From positions 372,001 through 436,000 of the forward strand of contig CM074812.1 in assembly GCA_037447605.1 (NCBI GenBank): a DNA stretch of 64,000 nucleotides, in the 5' to 3' direction. The notes under the pieces were generated by a model. The model worked only from the letters and a program-made list of their open reading frames with translations, did no database searches and was not told where the DNA came from. The position numbers and the translations under genes are program-made. This DNA is from Zygnema circumcarinatum SAG 698-1b (lineage: Eukaryota > Plantae > Zygnematophyceae). Of the stretch, positions 15,690 to 28,730 are shown in pieces (the first letter of the stretch is position 1; every line of letters begins with the position of its first letter).

Positions 15690-16095
15690 GCTGCACAGAT
15701 CGGTACCATTGGTTGGATCAACCGTTGAAATGGTCCCAACCATTGATGTGCGGCCGAGCCAACTGCCGCCAATGGTTCCAACCATTGATTCGCAACCAAG
15801 CCAGCCGTTGCCAATGGTCCCAACCATTCGGGACATAGCCAACAGTTGCCAATGTTTCCAATCATTGATTTGCAACCCAGCCAACCGTTGCCAATGATTG
15901 AAACCATTGATTTGGGACCCATCAAACCCTTAACCATTGATTCGACCCAGCCAACGGTTTGCAATGATTGGAACCATTGATTTGCGACCCAGCCAACCGT
16001 TGCCAATGGTTCCAACTATCGATTTGCGACCAAGCCAACCGTTGGCAATGGGGTCAACCATTGGATTCAAGGGTTGCCAACCATTACGCAAATCA
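15690..16095. repeat. Degenerate ~35-bp tandem repeat rich in AACCATTG/GCCAATGG
   Basis: Units like AACCATTGATTTGCAACCCAGCCAACCGTTGCCAATG; related block at ~46460-46790. Confidence 0.75.
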
Positions 16096-17058
16096 AAGAC
16101 TTGACATATCTTTATATCGCCGGCGTATCGGCCGTGACCGGCGAAACCTATCCTTTGAATATTGGAGGTTGCCGGCCAGGCTCAGCCCTTCAGACGCCAA
16201 CGGCGGGAAATATCGCCAATCCGGCACCGATATGGCCCAGAATGGAAGGCGCAAAATGACAAAAAATTCGCCTGCCCCCGATCTACCGTAGAAGTGCCAA
16301 TTGTACGGTCGAGACAAGCCAAAAACAATAGCTGGGACACCTGTCCGCTGCTAACTGGTCAAAATCAAGTTTGGTGACTACCGTACTGGTCGGTGGGAGC
16401 AATAGAGTTTCTAGCAGACCTATTGCTACGTGTCGACTACTGACCGGTTACGAGTCCTCATTTTCGGCCTAAGGACTGCTTGACCGGCAGTCCTATTACC
16501 AGAACCGACATTGCACCGATATTTATAGACCAATGAAACGAGGTATTTACACGTGTAAGCGTGTTTTTTGTACTGTACACGGAACCCGTACGGAAGTCCC
16601 TTGAGTGTGACTCTGACCTTGTACGAAAAGTTGACTGCTTTTCTGGTGGACCTTTTCCCAAGGACCTGCCAATCAGAGGTCGTCACGTGTACAACTGTCG
16701 ACGTGGCGATCGCACACTGGACGATTCCCGACTATGTTTGTTTTGAGAGGTCGCACTGGCAAGGCTTCATACAGGCCTTCCGTACAAAAGTTTGTTGTTA
16801 ACCGGGATCAACATAGCCGGGTCCACTATCCAACCGAGAACTCAACAAGGTCAACTGTGGATCTCTCGGATTGATCCAACTTCATTCCACTTCTTCTACT
16901 TGGTACATTGAACCTGGACGCACTTTATTGAAGGCCAATGCGATCAACCCGCCCCTCCCGAATTGCTGAAACGGTTGAAAAGTGACCGTTTGGACCGCGC
17001 CCCAGTCCGTTCGAGCTTCCACGTGGCGCTCTGTGGTGGCGGCCTCGCACGTGCGAGC

Positions 17059-19374
17059 ATGTCGCGGCGGAGCTTTACGGGTGGAAGCGGAGGGGAGGGC
17101 GCGGACGTCCCTGGGAGGAGCCCCAACATTTCGCTGACCGGGACCGTACGGTAGGTTTTAGGGTTTTAGGGTTTCAAGGGTTCAGGGCTATTAGGATTCA
17201 CGGTTTTAGGGTTTCGGGATTTAAAGTTTCAAGGGTTCAGAGTTTCTAGGGTTCACGGTTTCAGTGTTTGAAGGGTTCAGGGTTTTTAGTGTTCACGGGT
17301 TTAGGGTTTCGGGTTTTAGGGTTTCAAGGGTTCAGGGTTTTTAGGGTTTCGGGTTTTAGGGTTTCAAGGGTTCAGGGTTTCAAGGGTTCAGGGTTTGGAG
17401 TTTAAGCAACACAGTGGCTTTGGAAAGTGGAGGGACTAATGGGTGCGCTGAGACGGTGGATCCACCCTTTTGGAGGGCGGGAGTAAGGTTAAAGTGGGCG
17501 AGGTCAAGGGTGGTTGCAGCGGGGAAAGTGGATCTGATTCCACCTCCTCGGATTGGGGCGAGTCTGGTTCGAATAGTTGAACCAGGCTGTCAAGTTGGTT
17601 GATCCTCTCAACTCAACTCTCAACCTGCCATTTGTAGAGTTTCTCTAACTTCAGAATCTAGGTTTTTCTGACTTTTTAGGGTTTTAGGGTTTAGCAATTC
17701 AAGGGTTTCTTTGGTTTAGGGTTTCTATAGTTTTTAGGGTTTCTATAGTTTTTAAGGTTTCTATTGTTTTTAGGGTTGTAGGGTTCAGGGTTTTAGGGGT
17801 TCCAAGATCCGAGTTGGACTCTATTGTTTATGAAATACATGTGGTAGGTTTAGGATGTAAGGGTCCAGTGGCGTGACAGTTGTCACGCCATTGAAATGTG
17901 ATCCCCTTTGTTCTTAACCCCTATTGTTAACCATAAAAATAAATGATTAATCATTTTTTCCGGGTTTCGGGTTTCGGGTTTCGGGTGTAAACCCGAAAAC
18001 CGACAGTCCGTCAACCGAGGCCGTCAGTCGTTCGGTCGGTCGGTTGGTTGGCTGGTTAACCAAAACCTGGAAAAGCCAAAAAACCGTAGACTACCTAGAA
18101 ACCCTAAAATGTATGATGTTATGTGTTTACATGCTGTGATGTTGCCATGGTGTGATGTTGGCATGTACAGGAGGCGGCGGAAGGTGGGCGGGGAGGAGGA
18201 GGGGGAGGAGGGGGGGTGGCTCCTGAAGCAGGGCAAGCACCCCCTCGGCCACCGTTGGTCCAAGCGTTGGTTCCTGCTGCCCAAGGGCGCGCCCGTCCTG
18301 CGCTACTACAAGGCCAAGCCGCCGCCCGACCATGTTAGTATGGGGGGGGGAAGGGAGGGAGGGAGGGAGGGAGAGGGAGGAAGGGAGGGACGGGAGGGAG
18401 GGAGAAAGGGAGGAGTGGGGGGAAGTGGGAGAGGACGAGGAGGTTGTTTGGCGAGGGAGAGGGAGAGGAGGGGGGGGAGGAGAGGGACGGGAGGGAGGGA
18501 GAAGGGAAGAAGTGGGGAGGAAGTGGGAGAGGGCGAGGAGGTTGTTTGGCGAGGGAGAGGAGGGGGGGTGGAGGGAGAGGGACGGGAGGGAGGGAGAAAG
18601 GGAGGAGTGGGGAGGAGTGGGGAGGAAGTGGGAGAGGGCGAGGAGGTTGCTTGGCGAGGGAGAGGGAGAGGAGGGGGGAGGGAAGGGAGAGGGACGGGGG
18701 GAGGGAGAAAGGGAGGAGTGGGGGGAAGTGAGAGAGGGCGAGGAGGTTGTTTGGCGAGGGAGAGGGATAGGAGGGGGGGAGGGAGGAAGGGTGGTAATGA
18801 GGGGAAGAGGGAGGGAGAGGGGAGGGGGGAAGAGGAAGGCGAGGGGCGAGGGGGGTGAAAGAGGGAGGAAAGGAGGAAGACGGAGGCGGAGGAGAGCGGG
18901 GGAAGGAGTTAGAGAGTGAGTGGGGGGCAAATGGTTGTGAGAAAGCTCGGTTGGAAGTGGGAGGGAAGTGGTGGAGAGGGGAGGGAGAGAGAGGGGGAAA
19001 GTGGGGGGCGATAGGTAGAGGGCGATGAGAGAGGGAGTGAAAGAGGGAGGCGAGAGAGGGAAAGGTGGAAGTTGGGGAGAGAGAAGGAGGGAAGCGGGAA
19101 GGAGGGATGTGGGGACGGGGAGAGACGAAGGGGGATAGAAAGAGAGGGAGACAGAGAGAGGGGGGGAAAAAAAGAAAGGGATGAGGGGAAAAAGGGAGAG
19201 ACAGCATGTGAATGTGGTATGGAATGGGGGGATGCAGGGAAAAAGGGGAGTGGGGGAGAGAGTTCGAGAGAAAGAGAGAGGTGGGGAATGGGGAGAGGAA
19301 AGAGAGAAAGAGCATTTGAATGTGGCAGGGGGGCGAGTAGAAAGAGAAATGGGAGAGGGGGAAGCGAGCGAGAG

Positions 19375-19425
<51 letters not shown>

Positions 19426-19841
19426 GTATGTTTCTTGAACTTTGAGAAGAAAAAAGTCTTCAGGAGCTCATCGTCAATAGGGGTGAACATCAGCAACTCC
19501 GTTTCTCTCCTCTCCCCTCTTCTCCCCCTCCCCTCTCACCTCCCAGTAATGGCACCCCTCCCAAACTCACACTCACACGCAGACCCCCTTCCCTCCCGAC
19601 ACGTGCTCCCTCCCTTCCGTTACGCTTAACGGAAAAAGCTGTGGGAGCACGGACCGGCGGGAGAGTGTTTCATGTCTCCCCATTGCGCGGTATGGCAGGG
19701 AGGGGGGAAGGAGTTCGCGCTGAACCCTATGTGCCTCGTGGTGGACACGGGGTTTGCCTCCTCGAGCTCCAAGGTAACGGAAGTTTTTACCTTCATCTCT
19801 CTCTCTCTCTCTCTCTCTCTCCCTCTCTCTCTCTCTCTCTC

Positions 19842-19933
<92 letters not shown>

Positions 19934-22900
19934 TTACCCCATTTGTACCCACCCCGACTTGTTTTTGGTTTTTAGTTTCCGGTTTTTGGTTTCAGCTTTA
20001 GTTTGTTTCGGGTCATTCAGGTTTTTTATGGTTTGTAGGGTTCAGAGGGTGCTCTGGTATTCATTTCGTTTTAAGTCCTCTCCTTGCGATTCGCTTTATC
20101 TGCTTTTACTCGGAGGGAGAGTGTAGTTTTTACCTTTTGCTGTTGTTTTCTTTTTCACATTGTTTTTGTGTTCATTCCATCAGTCCTGGGGCAGTTTTTG
20201 CTCTTGAAAAACAGTTTGATGAAAGATATGTTATAGTACCTACTGAATTTGCAGCCCCTTCCCCCCTTTTCTCCTTTAGTATCGAGATATTAAGAAAAGT
20301 TTTCTAGTTGGGGGGGGGTGTGATACATGCAGAAACTGTACACATTTGAGCTGCAGGGAAATGGTCAACGGCTGGTGGTGAGATCCCTATAGAACCAACC
20401 CCCCACAAAAGGACAAAGAGAGGGAGGGAGGGAGGGAGGGAGGGAGGGAGGGGGTGTGGGTTCATAAAGCTTCATATTGTATAGAAACCCTTAATGGTTT
20501 TAAGTTTATCCTTGAGAAGCAATGAAACTCTAAAACTATTCTCTTTGAAACCCTAAAACTAGTTTTTCTTTTCTTAACCGTATGGGTGACATTGGGAGGG
20601 ACAGGTGGGCACATTGAATCCAGAAATTCAAGCAAAATGGATGGAGGATATTCGGGAGAGGATAGCAATGGTGAGTTTAACTTAAGATTTCAAGTCTTTG
20701 CACATTTTTTTTCGTTTTTGTGTCAAAAGAAAATGTAAAATTTGGGTTGTGGAATACTCTTCTCCCAAACAAAAAAAAAAAAAAACTTCAGGGCTTTCTC
20801 AGAAACCCCAAAAATTGCTGTGATTGCTGGTTCGTTCATTTTAGCAGCAGTTGAAGTGAAAATTTGTGGGAAATTTGAACTGTTTCCGTTGAACGGTGCG
20901 CATGGAAACGAGTGCAGGCTGTTGGAGGCTCTCAGAGAGAGGGCAGTTTCCAAGCAGCCCTTCAGCGTATCGGCGATCTTGGGCGATATGATCCCGATAC
21001 ATATGGGCCGCACCCGCGGGCCTCGTAAGTCAAAACATAAGAAAATATATATAAAAGATATTGAGTATTTATTTACCTATTTGGGGTTAATGGTTACTTG
21101 CTTAAGTCTCTTTTGCATTCTTGAAGAGGAAGTAAGAGAGATGTTTGAAATAATTGGCATTTTGGAGAGAGGAAAGGAGAGTGAATTTGAGTGCTGCTAG
21201 GATCAGTGTCAATGGGAGTGGTGGGAGAGAGAGAGGACGAGACAGGAGTGAGAGGAGCGAGGAAGGGAGGATGGGAGAGAGAGGGAGGTGGAGTGAAAGG
21301 CGAGAGGAGCGACCAGGGAGGAGGTGGAGAGGAGTAGGGGGTGTAGAAAATAGTAGCGGGCGATATGCAGAGGAAAGAGAAGAGAGAGAGAGAGAGAGAG
21401 AGAGATTGAGGTGGGCAAGAGCGAGGGCGAGGGAGAGGGAGAGGGAGAGAGTGAGAGGGACAGGGAGTGGGAGAGGGAGAGGGAGAGGGAGAGTGAGAGG
21501 GACAGGGAGTGGGAGAGGAGAGGGAGAAAGAGAGAGGGAGCTGGGCCGAGGGGATGTGGGGGAGGGAGAGGGAAAGGGTTAGGGGGAGAGGGGAGAGGGG
21601 AGAGGGGGGGAATGGGAGAGGGAGAGGGATATGGGGAGGGAGGGAGTGAGGGGGAGTAGTCGGAGGAGGAGAAGTGGGAGCGGGAGAGTAGTTGCGGTTT
21701 AGACTCACCCTCCCTCCATTGTGTGTGTGTGCAGTCTCTCTATGAGTGCGGTTGACCGACTAACCACGGAGGAAGCGAGTGCTCAGTCTCTCTCAGCCCT
21801 CTCTATGGCGGGGACGGACTCCTCTCTAGAGAGAGAGGGAGACGGAGACTCCGATGCATTCGTAGAGGGAGATCTCCCTCTCGGGAGGGAGACAGAGGGA
21901 GAGCAGGAAAGCCTGCGGGAGGCGCGCCTCAACTTTTTCAGGGATGGGAGTGTGGGCCAAGGTGGGCCCCACCTCTCCCTCTCTCTCTCTCTCCCTCTTT
22001 CTCTCTCCCTCCCCGCGTCTCCTTGCGCTTCAGGAATGGGAGTGTGGGCCACTGTGGCCTTCCCTCTCTCTCTCCCTTGCGGTCTCTCCCTCTCGTTCTC
22101 TCTTTCTCCCTCTTTGTCTCTCTTTCTCTCTCCCTCCCTCTTTCCTAAAAATCTTAAAAGCCCTAAAAACCCTAAAAAACAAACCCTAAAAACCCTAAAA
22201 CCCTAAAAACCATTCAAACCCTACAAACCCTAAAAACCCTTAAAACCCTAAAAACCCTAAAAACCCTAAAACCCTACAAACCCTAAAACCCTACAAACCC
22301 TACAAACCCTACAAACCCTACAAACCCTAAAAACCCTAATCAGACTCTCCTAGGAAGTAAGGGTTTGAGCGGTATCCGGGCGGGTAATGTGAGCAGGCCC
22401 CCCCCAAGAACTTGGAGAAATGTTGGAGCACATGCAGGCAATGCGGCCCTCTGCCACCCACGGGATTGCAGGGAGTGGGCTCTCGTGGAACAATATGTAA
22501 CTGNNNNNNNNNNNNNNNNNNNNNNNNNNNNNNNNNNNNNNNNNNNNNNNNNNNNNNNNNNNNNNNNNNNNNNNNNNNNNNNNNNNNNNNNNNNNNNNNN
22601 NNNTCAGTTTGGTTTTGTGAGTTTTTGGGGCATTTTCTCAGAGAAAAGAGTATTGCAGCCGGAAAAAACGAAAGCTTGAAAAACCCTTACAGACCCTTAA
22701 ACCCCATTTTTTTGGTCTCAAATCCTCTTCCAGGAATCCGCGAATTCTTCTCTCAAATTCAAGGTAGCGCAATAACCGCTTTATTAGCGCGAAGCTCCGC
22801 CTCCGACCCTTCAAAACCCAGATCCGATCTCTCCCTCTCTCTCTCTCTCCCTCCCCGAACCGCCAACGGAATCAACCCCTCAATTCCTGTCAGAAAACCG

Positions 22901-25824
22901 TCAAAATGGACCAAAAACTCACATGGAAACCACCCCCCCGTCGCGGAGCCCTCTGAGCTCTCCGATGGGATCGCATCCGACGGCTCAGATTGGTCCTGGG
23001 CCTCCTCCTTTGGGTCCCTCAAGAAGGGTCCTTCCCGGGGCGGCGTCAACTGTTGGTGCGAGGCCGAGCCCCGCCACTTCCCGGTCCGCTCAAAGTCATA
23101 TCTCCTCGATAAAGTCAAGGTCGGTGCAGGGCCCGCGCAGCTGCGTCTCGTGGCCGTCGATTGGCTCCGACGGAGGGACAGGATCGACCACGTGGTGGCC
23201 ATCCGGAGGACGGTGGTGCAGGTCAGGGAGGGGGCTAGGGTTAAAGGGGGGGAAGGGGAGAGGTAGAGGTAGGGTTTAAGGGGGGGGGGGGGAAAGGTAG
23301 GGTTTAAGGGGCTGGGGGGAGAGGTAGAATTTAAGGGGGGAGGGGGGAAGGTAGGGTTTAAGGGGGGGGGGGGAGGTAGGGTTTAAGGGGGTTGGGAGGT
23401 AGGCTTTTAGGGGGGGGGGAGAGGTAGGGTTTAAAGGGGGGGGGGGAGGGAGAAAGATAGGGTTAAAGGGGGGGTGGGGAAGGGGGAAGAGGTAGGGCTT
23501 AAGGGGTGGGGGGGGGGTAGGGTTTATGGGGGAGGTTGGGGGGGAGGTAGGGTTTAAGGGGGGGGCGGAGGTAGGGTTTATGGGGGGGGGCGGGTGGGGG
23601 ATAAAGGGGTGTAAGGTGGGGAGGGGTAGGCTTTAAGGGGGGTCCAGGGATTCAGGATGTAATGGAGAGGGTGTGAGTATGGGTGTAAGGGGAAAATTAA
23701 AGGATTGGAGGTTGAAGGAAGAGTTGAAGGGAGGTTTAAGGATGTAAAGCGGGTAAAGGGGGTAAAACGAAGAGAGTTTTAGGGCTGATCTTGAGTAGGT
23801 TTCGCCTGAGGGAGGGCCCGCAGGAGGCGAGAGAGAGGCTGGAGAGGGAGAGGGCGGAGGGGCTGGGAGGCGACGGAGCGACGGAGCCCTTCTTCTTCGT
23901 GGTCAACATGCAGGTGCGGAGGGGGTATGGTTTAGGGTTTAGATTTTAGGATTGAGGGTTTTAGGGTGTAGGGTTCAGGTTTTAGATTTTAGGGTTGAGG
24001 GTTTTAGGGTGTAGGGTTTAGGGTTTAGATTTTAGGGTTGAGAGTTTTAGGGTGTAAGGTTCAGGGTATAAGGGTGTAGGGTTTAGGGTTTCGGGTTTAA
24101 AGTTTCAGGGTTCCGTATTTGGATTTAGGGTTAAGAGTTTAGGGTTTGAAAGTAAGCAGCATCAATGAGCTTGCATTCTCCTTTCGTTATTTGGTCCAAA
24201 CCCCTCCTTGTGATTGCACAAAGTTTGTCTTCGCAAATCCTTCAACCCTAAACCTTAATCAAACGCTAAACTTCACACCCTAAACCCTAAACCTTCAATG
24301 TCAACCCTAAGCCTAAACCCTCGATCCTAACTCTTGAACATTAAACCTGAACCCTGAACTCTGAAGTCTTAGCCAAGCCAAGCCCAAGCCTGCTAAACCC
24401 TAAAGCCCCACCCTGAACCCTAAACCCTAAACCACAAACCACAAATCTTAAACCCTAAACCCTCCCCCTCCCTTTGTGCAGGTCCCGGCGGCGTTGCAGT
24501 ACTCGATGGTATTCTATTGGGCCTGCGCGGCACCGCCCTCCCCCGCGTCCCTTCTCGGACGCTTCGTGGCAGGGGACGACCTCTTCCGGAACACGCGCTT
24601 CAAACTCATTCCGCGGATCGCACAGGTGGGAGGGGGGGGGGAAGGTTGGGTGGTGGTGGGTGGGGAGGGAGGGAGGGAGGGAGGGAGGGAGGGGGAGGGA
24701 GGGAGGGAGGGGAGCGAGGAGGGAGGGAAGGTGGGGAGGATGGGAGGGGGGGGAGGGAGAGGGGGGAGTGAGGGAGGGAGGGTGGGAGGAGGGGGAGGGA
24801 GGGGGGGAGGGAGGGGAGGGAGGGGGTGAGGGGGGGAGGGGGGGAGTGAGGGGGGTGGGGGTGGGGAGGGAGGAGGGGGAAAGGGTGGGGAGGGAGGGGG
24901 AGAGGAGGGGTGGTGAGGACAGGAGAGGGAGGGAGGTGGGTGAAAAGAAAGGGAGAAAAGGGGGAAAGGGGAAGAGGGGGCGAGTGGGGTGAATGGGGAA
25001 ACGAGAAGAGGAAAGGAAAGAGGGGGAGAGTGGGAGTGGGGCTGAGGGGGAGTGGGGGAAAGGGGAAGGGGGCGAGGGAGGGAAGCGGAGAGGGGGAAGG
25101 GGGAAGGTTAGTTTAAACTTTTGGTGTTCGGAGGGGAGGGGTTCGGGTTGTCGGGGGAGTTAGGGTTTGCTTGTTTTGGGTTTTTGAGAAGTTCTGAAAC
25201 TTTGTGGCTTTTGGAAAGCTGGGGTTCTTAGATTTTATCACCTTTTATATATTTTATTTCTTAAAATTTGTTTGTGTTGTGCGCATTGCAGGGCGCGTGG
25301 GTGGTGAAGCGCAGTGTGGGCACAACCCCCCTCATTGTGCCCGGAGCCCTCAAAGTGAACTACCACCGGGGCCCCCTCTACTTCGAGGTGGGACACCTTC
25401 CAGCATTTAGGGTTTTGCAATCTTTTGCAATTCTTTCTTGTATCTATATTAAAAAGTTGATAAATAGTTGGGGTTTTCTGTGTTTCTGGAATGGTAATGT
25501 TTTCGGGTATATGGGGTTTGCAGGTTTGTAGTGTTTTTAGGGTGTTCTCATTGTCAAGCGTTTTCCTGTTTGTGGTGTGCCCGCAGTGTGACGTGGACAT
25601 TGGGTCAAGCACTGTGGCGAACGGAATTGTGCGCTTTGTGCTCGGCTATGTGAAGACGCTCGTCATCGACATGGCCTTCCTCATCCAGGTCCTCTCTCTC
25701 TCCCTCTCGCTCTCTCTCCCTATCTCTCTTCTCTCTTTCTTTTCTTTCTTTCCCTCTCTCTCTCTGTCTCCTCTCTCTCTCTTTTCTCTTCCTCTTTCTC
25801 TCTTGCTTTCGCTTTCTCTTTCTT

Positions 25825-25857
<33 letters not shown>

Positions 25858-26094
25858 CCCCCTTCCTCTCTCTCTCTTTTTTCTCCTCCCACGACCCCAT
25901 TTCCATGTTGACCGTTCTCACCCGTTCCTTGCTTCCCGTTCCGTTGTATCTAACAGGCCAACACGGAGGAGGAGCTCCCTGAGGCCCTCCTCGGCACCAT
26001 CCGAATGTCTCAGCTCGACCCCGCAGAGGCTCTCCCTCTCGACGACTCCCCCGCTCCTCCTCCTTCTCCTCCTCCTTCCTCCTCCTGTACATGA
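17059..26094 (+). CDS. EDR2: EDR2-like lipid-binding protein (PH domain + DUF1336/EDR2_C; START domain probably lost in the assembly gap)
   Basis: PH motifs GWLLKQGKHPLGHRWSKRWFLL..VLRYYK and NPEIQAKWMEDI; GIREFFSQ; EDR2_C motifs NCWCEAEPRHFPVRSKSYL, LVAVDWLR, FFFVVNMQVP, DDLFRNTRFKLIPRI, GAWVVKRSVG, DVDIGSSTVA, MAFLIQANTEEELPEALLGT; stop 26092-26094. Exon 1 (17059-~17149) joins exon 2 in phase 2. Confidence 0.85.
22504..22603. other. 100-N assembly gap inside the EDR2-like gene
   Basis: Run of N; further 10-N gaps lie near 3338, 5993, 13382, 31891, 42205, 42730, 51202 and 55677. Confidence 0.99.
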
Positions 26095-27949
26095 TAAAAA
26101 ATAAGAATATAAATGTAGGCCCCCCATAAGATGGGTAATTTTTGGGACTTTTGAGTACCATGGAGGTCCCATAAAGTAAATTGTTTCCGTTCTTCTAGTC
26201 GAATGTCTACGACCTCGCTGACCCAAGCGAAGGGGGTGGCGGGGCACAATTAGATAAGGGGAGAGTAGTAGCATGGTAGCTCTTCTAAATTCTAATTTTT
26301 AATTTTAGAGGTGACGCAGGTGGTGACATCAGCGTGTGTGTGCTATTGGCTAAAATTTGAAATTTAGCGCCGCAGAGTATTGGGTTCCATGTGGTTGCTT
26401 TGGGCAAGTTCAGTTTCACGGTACAGCATGGAACGAGTCTGTGACAGGGAACAGTCCTTGCTATGTACAGCCAAGAAGTTGGAATTGTTCCCATTGGACT
26501 CGACAAAATATTGGACGGTGAGGATGCTCGAATTGATCTTGCAAACTTCAACAAACAAAGCAAAGATGAAGTATGTGCCAATGTGTCGGTGGTTGTTCAG
26601 AAGCTTCACTCCCTCCCTCCCTCCTTCCCTCCCTCCTTCCCTCCCTCCTTCCCTCCCTCCTTCCCTGTGACCTTTGTTCAATTCTGCGCCGTTCTAACGA
26701 CCTATTTAGCTTTTCGCAGAGGGTTTTTCCGGGAAAGTAGGGAGAACATTGGAAAAGTAGCTGAGGAACTGTTTGAAGTCAGAATTTCCCCCCACGCACT
26801 TACCAAATGTGACAAGTCATGCACCGAATCGTGCCATGCAGTCTCAACTTCGAGTGATTTTTAAAACAATCAAAAAAATAAAAAAATCTAAAATCTTGCG
26901 TAAGTTTCGGCAGACGGAGGAGGGCCTGCCGTCGGTCGTCGCAGTTTTTAAGCCCTCATCTTCGCCCAAAAAAGTAAAAGTGCTTTCCATACCTCTTGAG
27001 CTGCGCCAAACGGAGAGGGTGTGTGCGTTTTTTTCTGTAAAGTCCTTCTCGGAGCCTATCGCGTTGCGCCGTCACATGTGCGACAGTGTTTTGGAAGACC
27101 ATTCCGCAGGTGCCACGTGGACTAAACAGAGCGTGAGGTTTGCTGAACGCAAATGAACAGATTTGTTCATTTTACTGAGAACGCTCGCACATACAACGGA
27201 GGCGATGTCCGTACGGAGGGAGACGTCGGCAGGTGACTGACGTCACGTGTTCGACAAAGGCGAAGTACGAAGTGCGTAGGGGGAGCGAGTGGGAGCGAGA
27301 GCGTGAGAGCGAGAGAGGGAGATAGAGGAGGGGAGAGGGAGAGATAGAGGAATGGGAGAGTCGGGGGGGAGAGGAAGGGACAGAGGGAAAGAGGGAGAGA
27401 GAGAAAGAGAGCGACGGAGAGAGGGAGATAGAGAGAAGGGGAGAGGGAGAGAGAGGGAGAGAGGGAGGGGGGGGAAGTGTGGGAAAGAGAGATGTTTCTT
27501 GTGTGAAGTATGTAGCAAAGTTTTCCGACAAAAACAACACGTGCATGAACAAGGAGTAACGAAGATGCAAAATGAAAAACGCGTTTTATTTCGCCAACAC
27601 GGCAAACTCACACATGGTTTCGGCCAATCAGAGCCCTCCCCTCCTCCCTCCATTTACGTAACCTCTAATTTGTAATTTACATTAATTTGTACATATACTA
27701 GAAACCCCAAAACCACAAAACTAATCTCCCTTGTCCTTCCCTCCAAGAGATAAAAAGGGAGAGAGATAGAGAGGGAGAGGGAGAGAGTGGAGAGGGGGAG
27801 AGAGAGGGAGAGGGAGAGAGAGGAGAGAAGAAAGAAGAAAAAGAAAGCCGAAATTTCCATTTCTCTGTTCCATCTTCCGTCCTCCGTCTCCCACTCTCAG
27901 TTTCAGTTTCACGCCCTTCCGTTACCGTTCCCTGCGACGGTTTCATTTT

Positions 27950-28670
27950 TTCCGTTTTACGCACTACGGACATCGAGCGCATAGAACGTGGAGCTGACCG
28001 CGTTGCCACGTGTCACCATCTGACAGAGCGCCTCGAGGGCGTTCAGCCGCGCGTCGTTCTCTGTCTCAGTTTCAGTTTCCGTTAAGCCCTCCGACGAATA
28101 GTCTGCGGACAGATGGCAGAAACGATAAAAGTTAAGATTTTAGATTTAAAAAAGCACATTTTATGATTCATCACTTCCCGAAAAACTCAGTTTGTTGTGA
28201 AAAACTCGCAGAAAAACCCAATGGCGTAAAAAACAATTAAAAAAAAGAAAGAATAGAAAAAAAAATATTTCCGTACCGTGTCCGATCCTTCGCAGGCCGC
28301 GCCTCTCCGCGAGTTTGATGCTGTCCCGGAGCTTCTCGTGCCATGTGGCCTTCCCTGATTGGCTCCTCGCCATGGCGGCCTCCCTCCTCTCCTCCTCCTC
28401 CTCCTCCTCTCCCTCTCCCTCGTCCTCCTCCTCCTCCCCGTCTGCCTCTCCCTCCCTCTCCCTCTCCCTCTCCTTCTCCCTTTCCTCCTCTGCCTCCACC
28501 GCCCCTCTCCCTCCCACACTCCTCCCGCTGTCCACGTGGCCCTGCGGGGAGGGCGCCTCGCACTCGGAGCCCGCGCTGCTGCTGACGGTGCTGACGTCAG
28601 AGGCGGAGGAGCAGCACGAGCACGTGCGCACGAGACAGAGGTCCTCCGACAACACCGTCTGCAGCCTCAT
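27950..28670 (-). CDS. Putative uncharacterised protein (two exons supported; 3' part unresolved)
   Basis: ATG after a GA tract gives MRLQTVLSEDLCLVRTCSCC...acidic run...KATWHEKLRDSIKLAERRGLRRIGH; a phase-1 splice gives ENDARLNALEALCQMVTRGNAVSSTFYALDVRS. No family recognised. Confidence 0.4.
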
Positions 28671-28678
28671 CTCTCTCC

Positions 28679-28730
<52 letters not shown>

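Noticed and set aside
27352-27675. C2H2-like CEVCSKVFRQKQHVH in a plus-strand ORF
   Set aside because: The second His spacing does not fit, the ORF is otherwise GA-repeat, and there is no splice context; probably chance.
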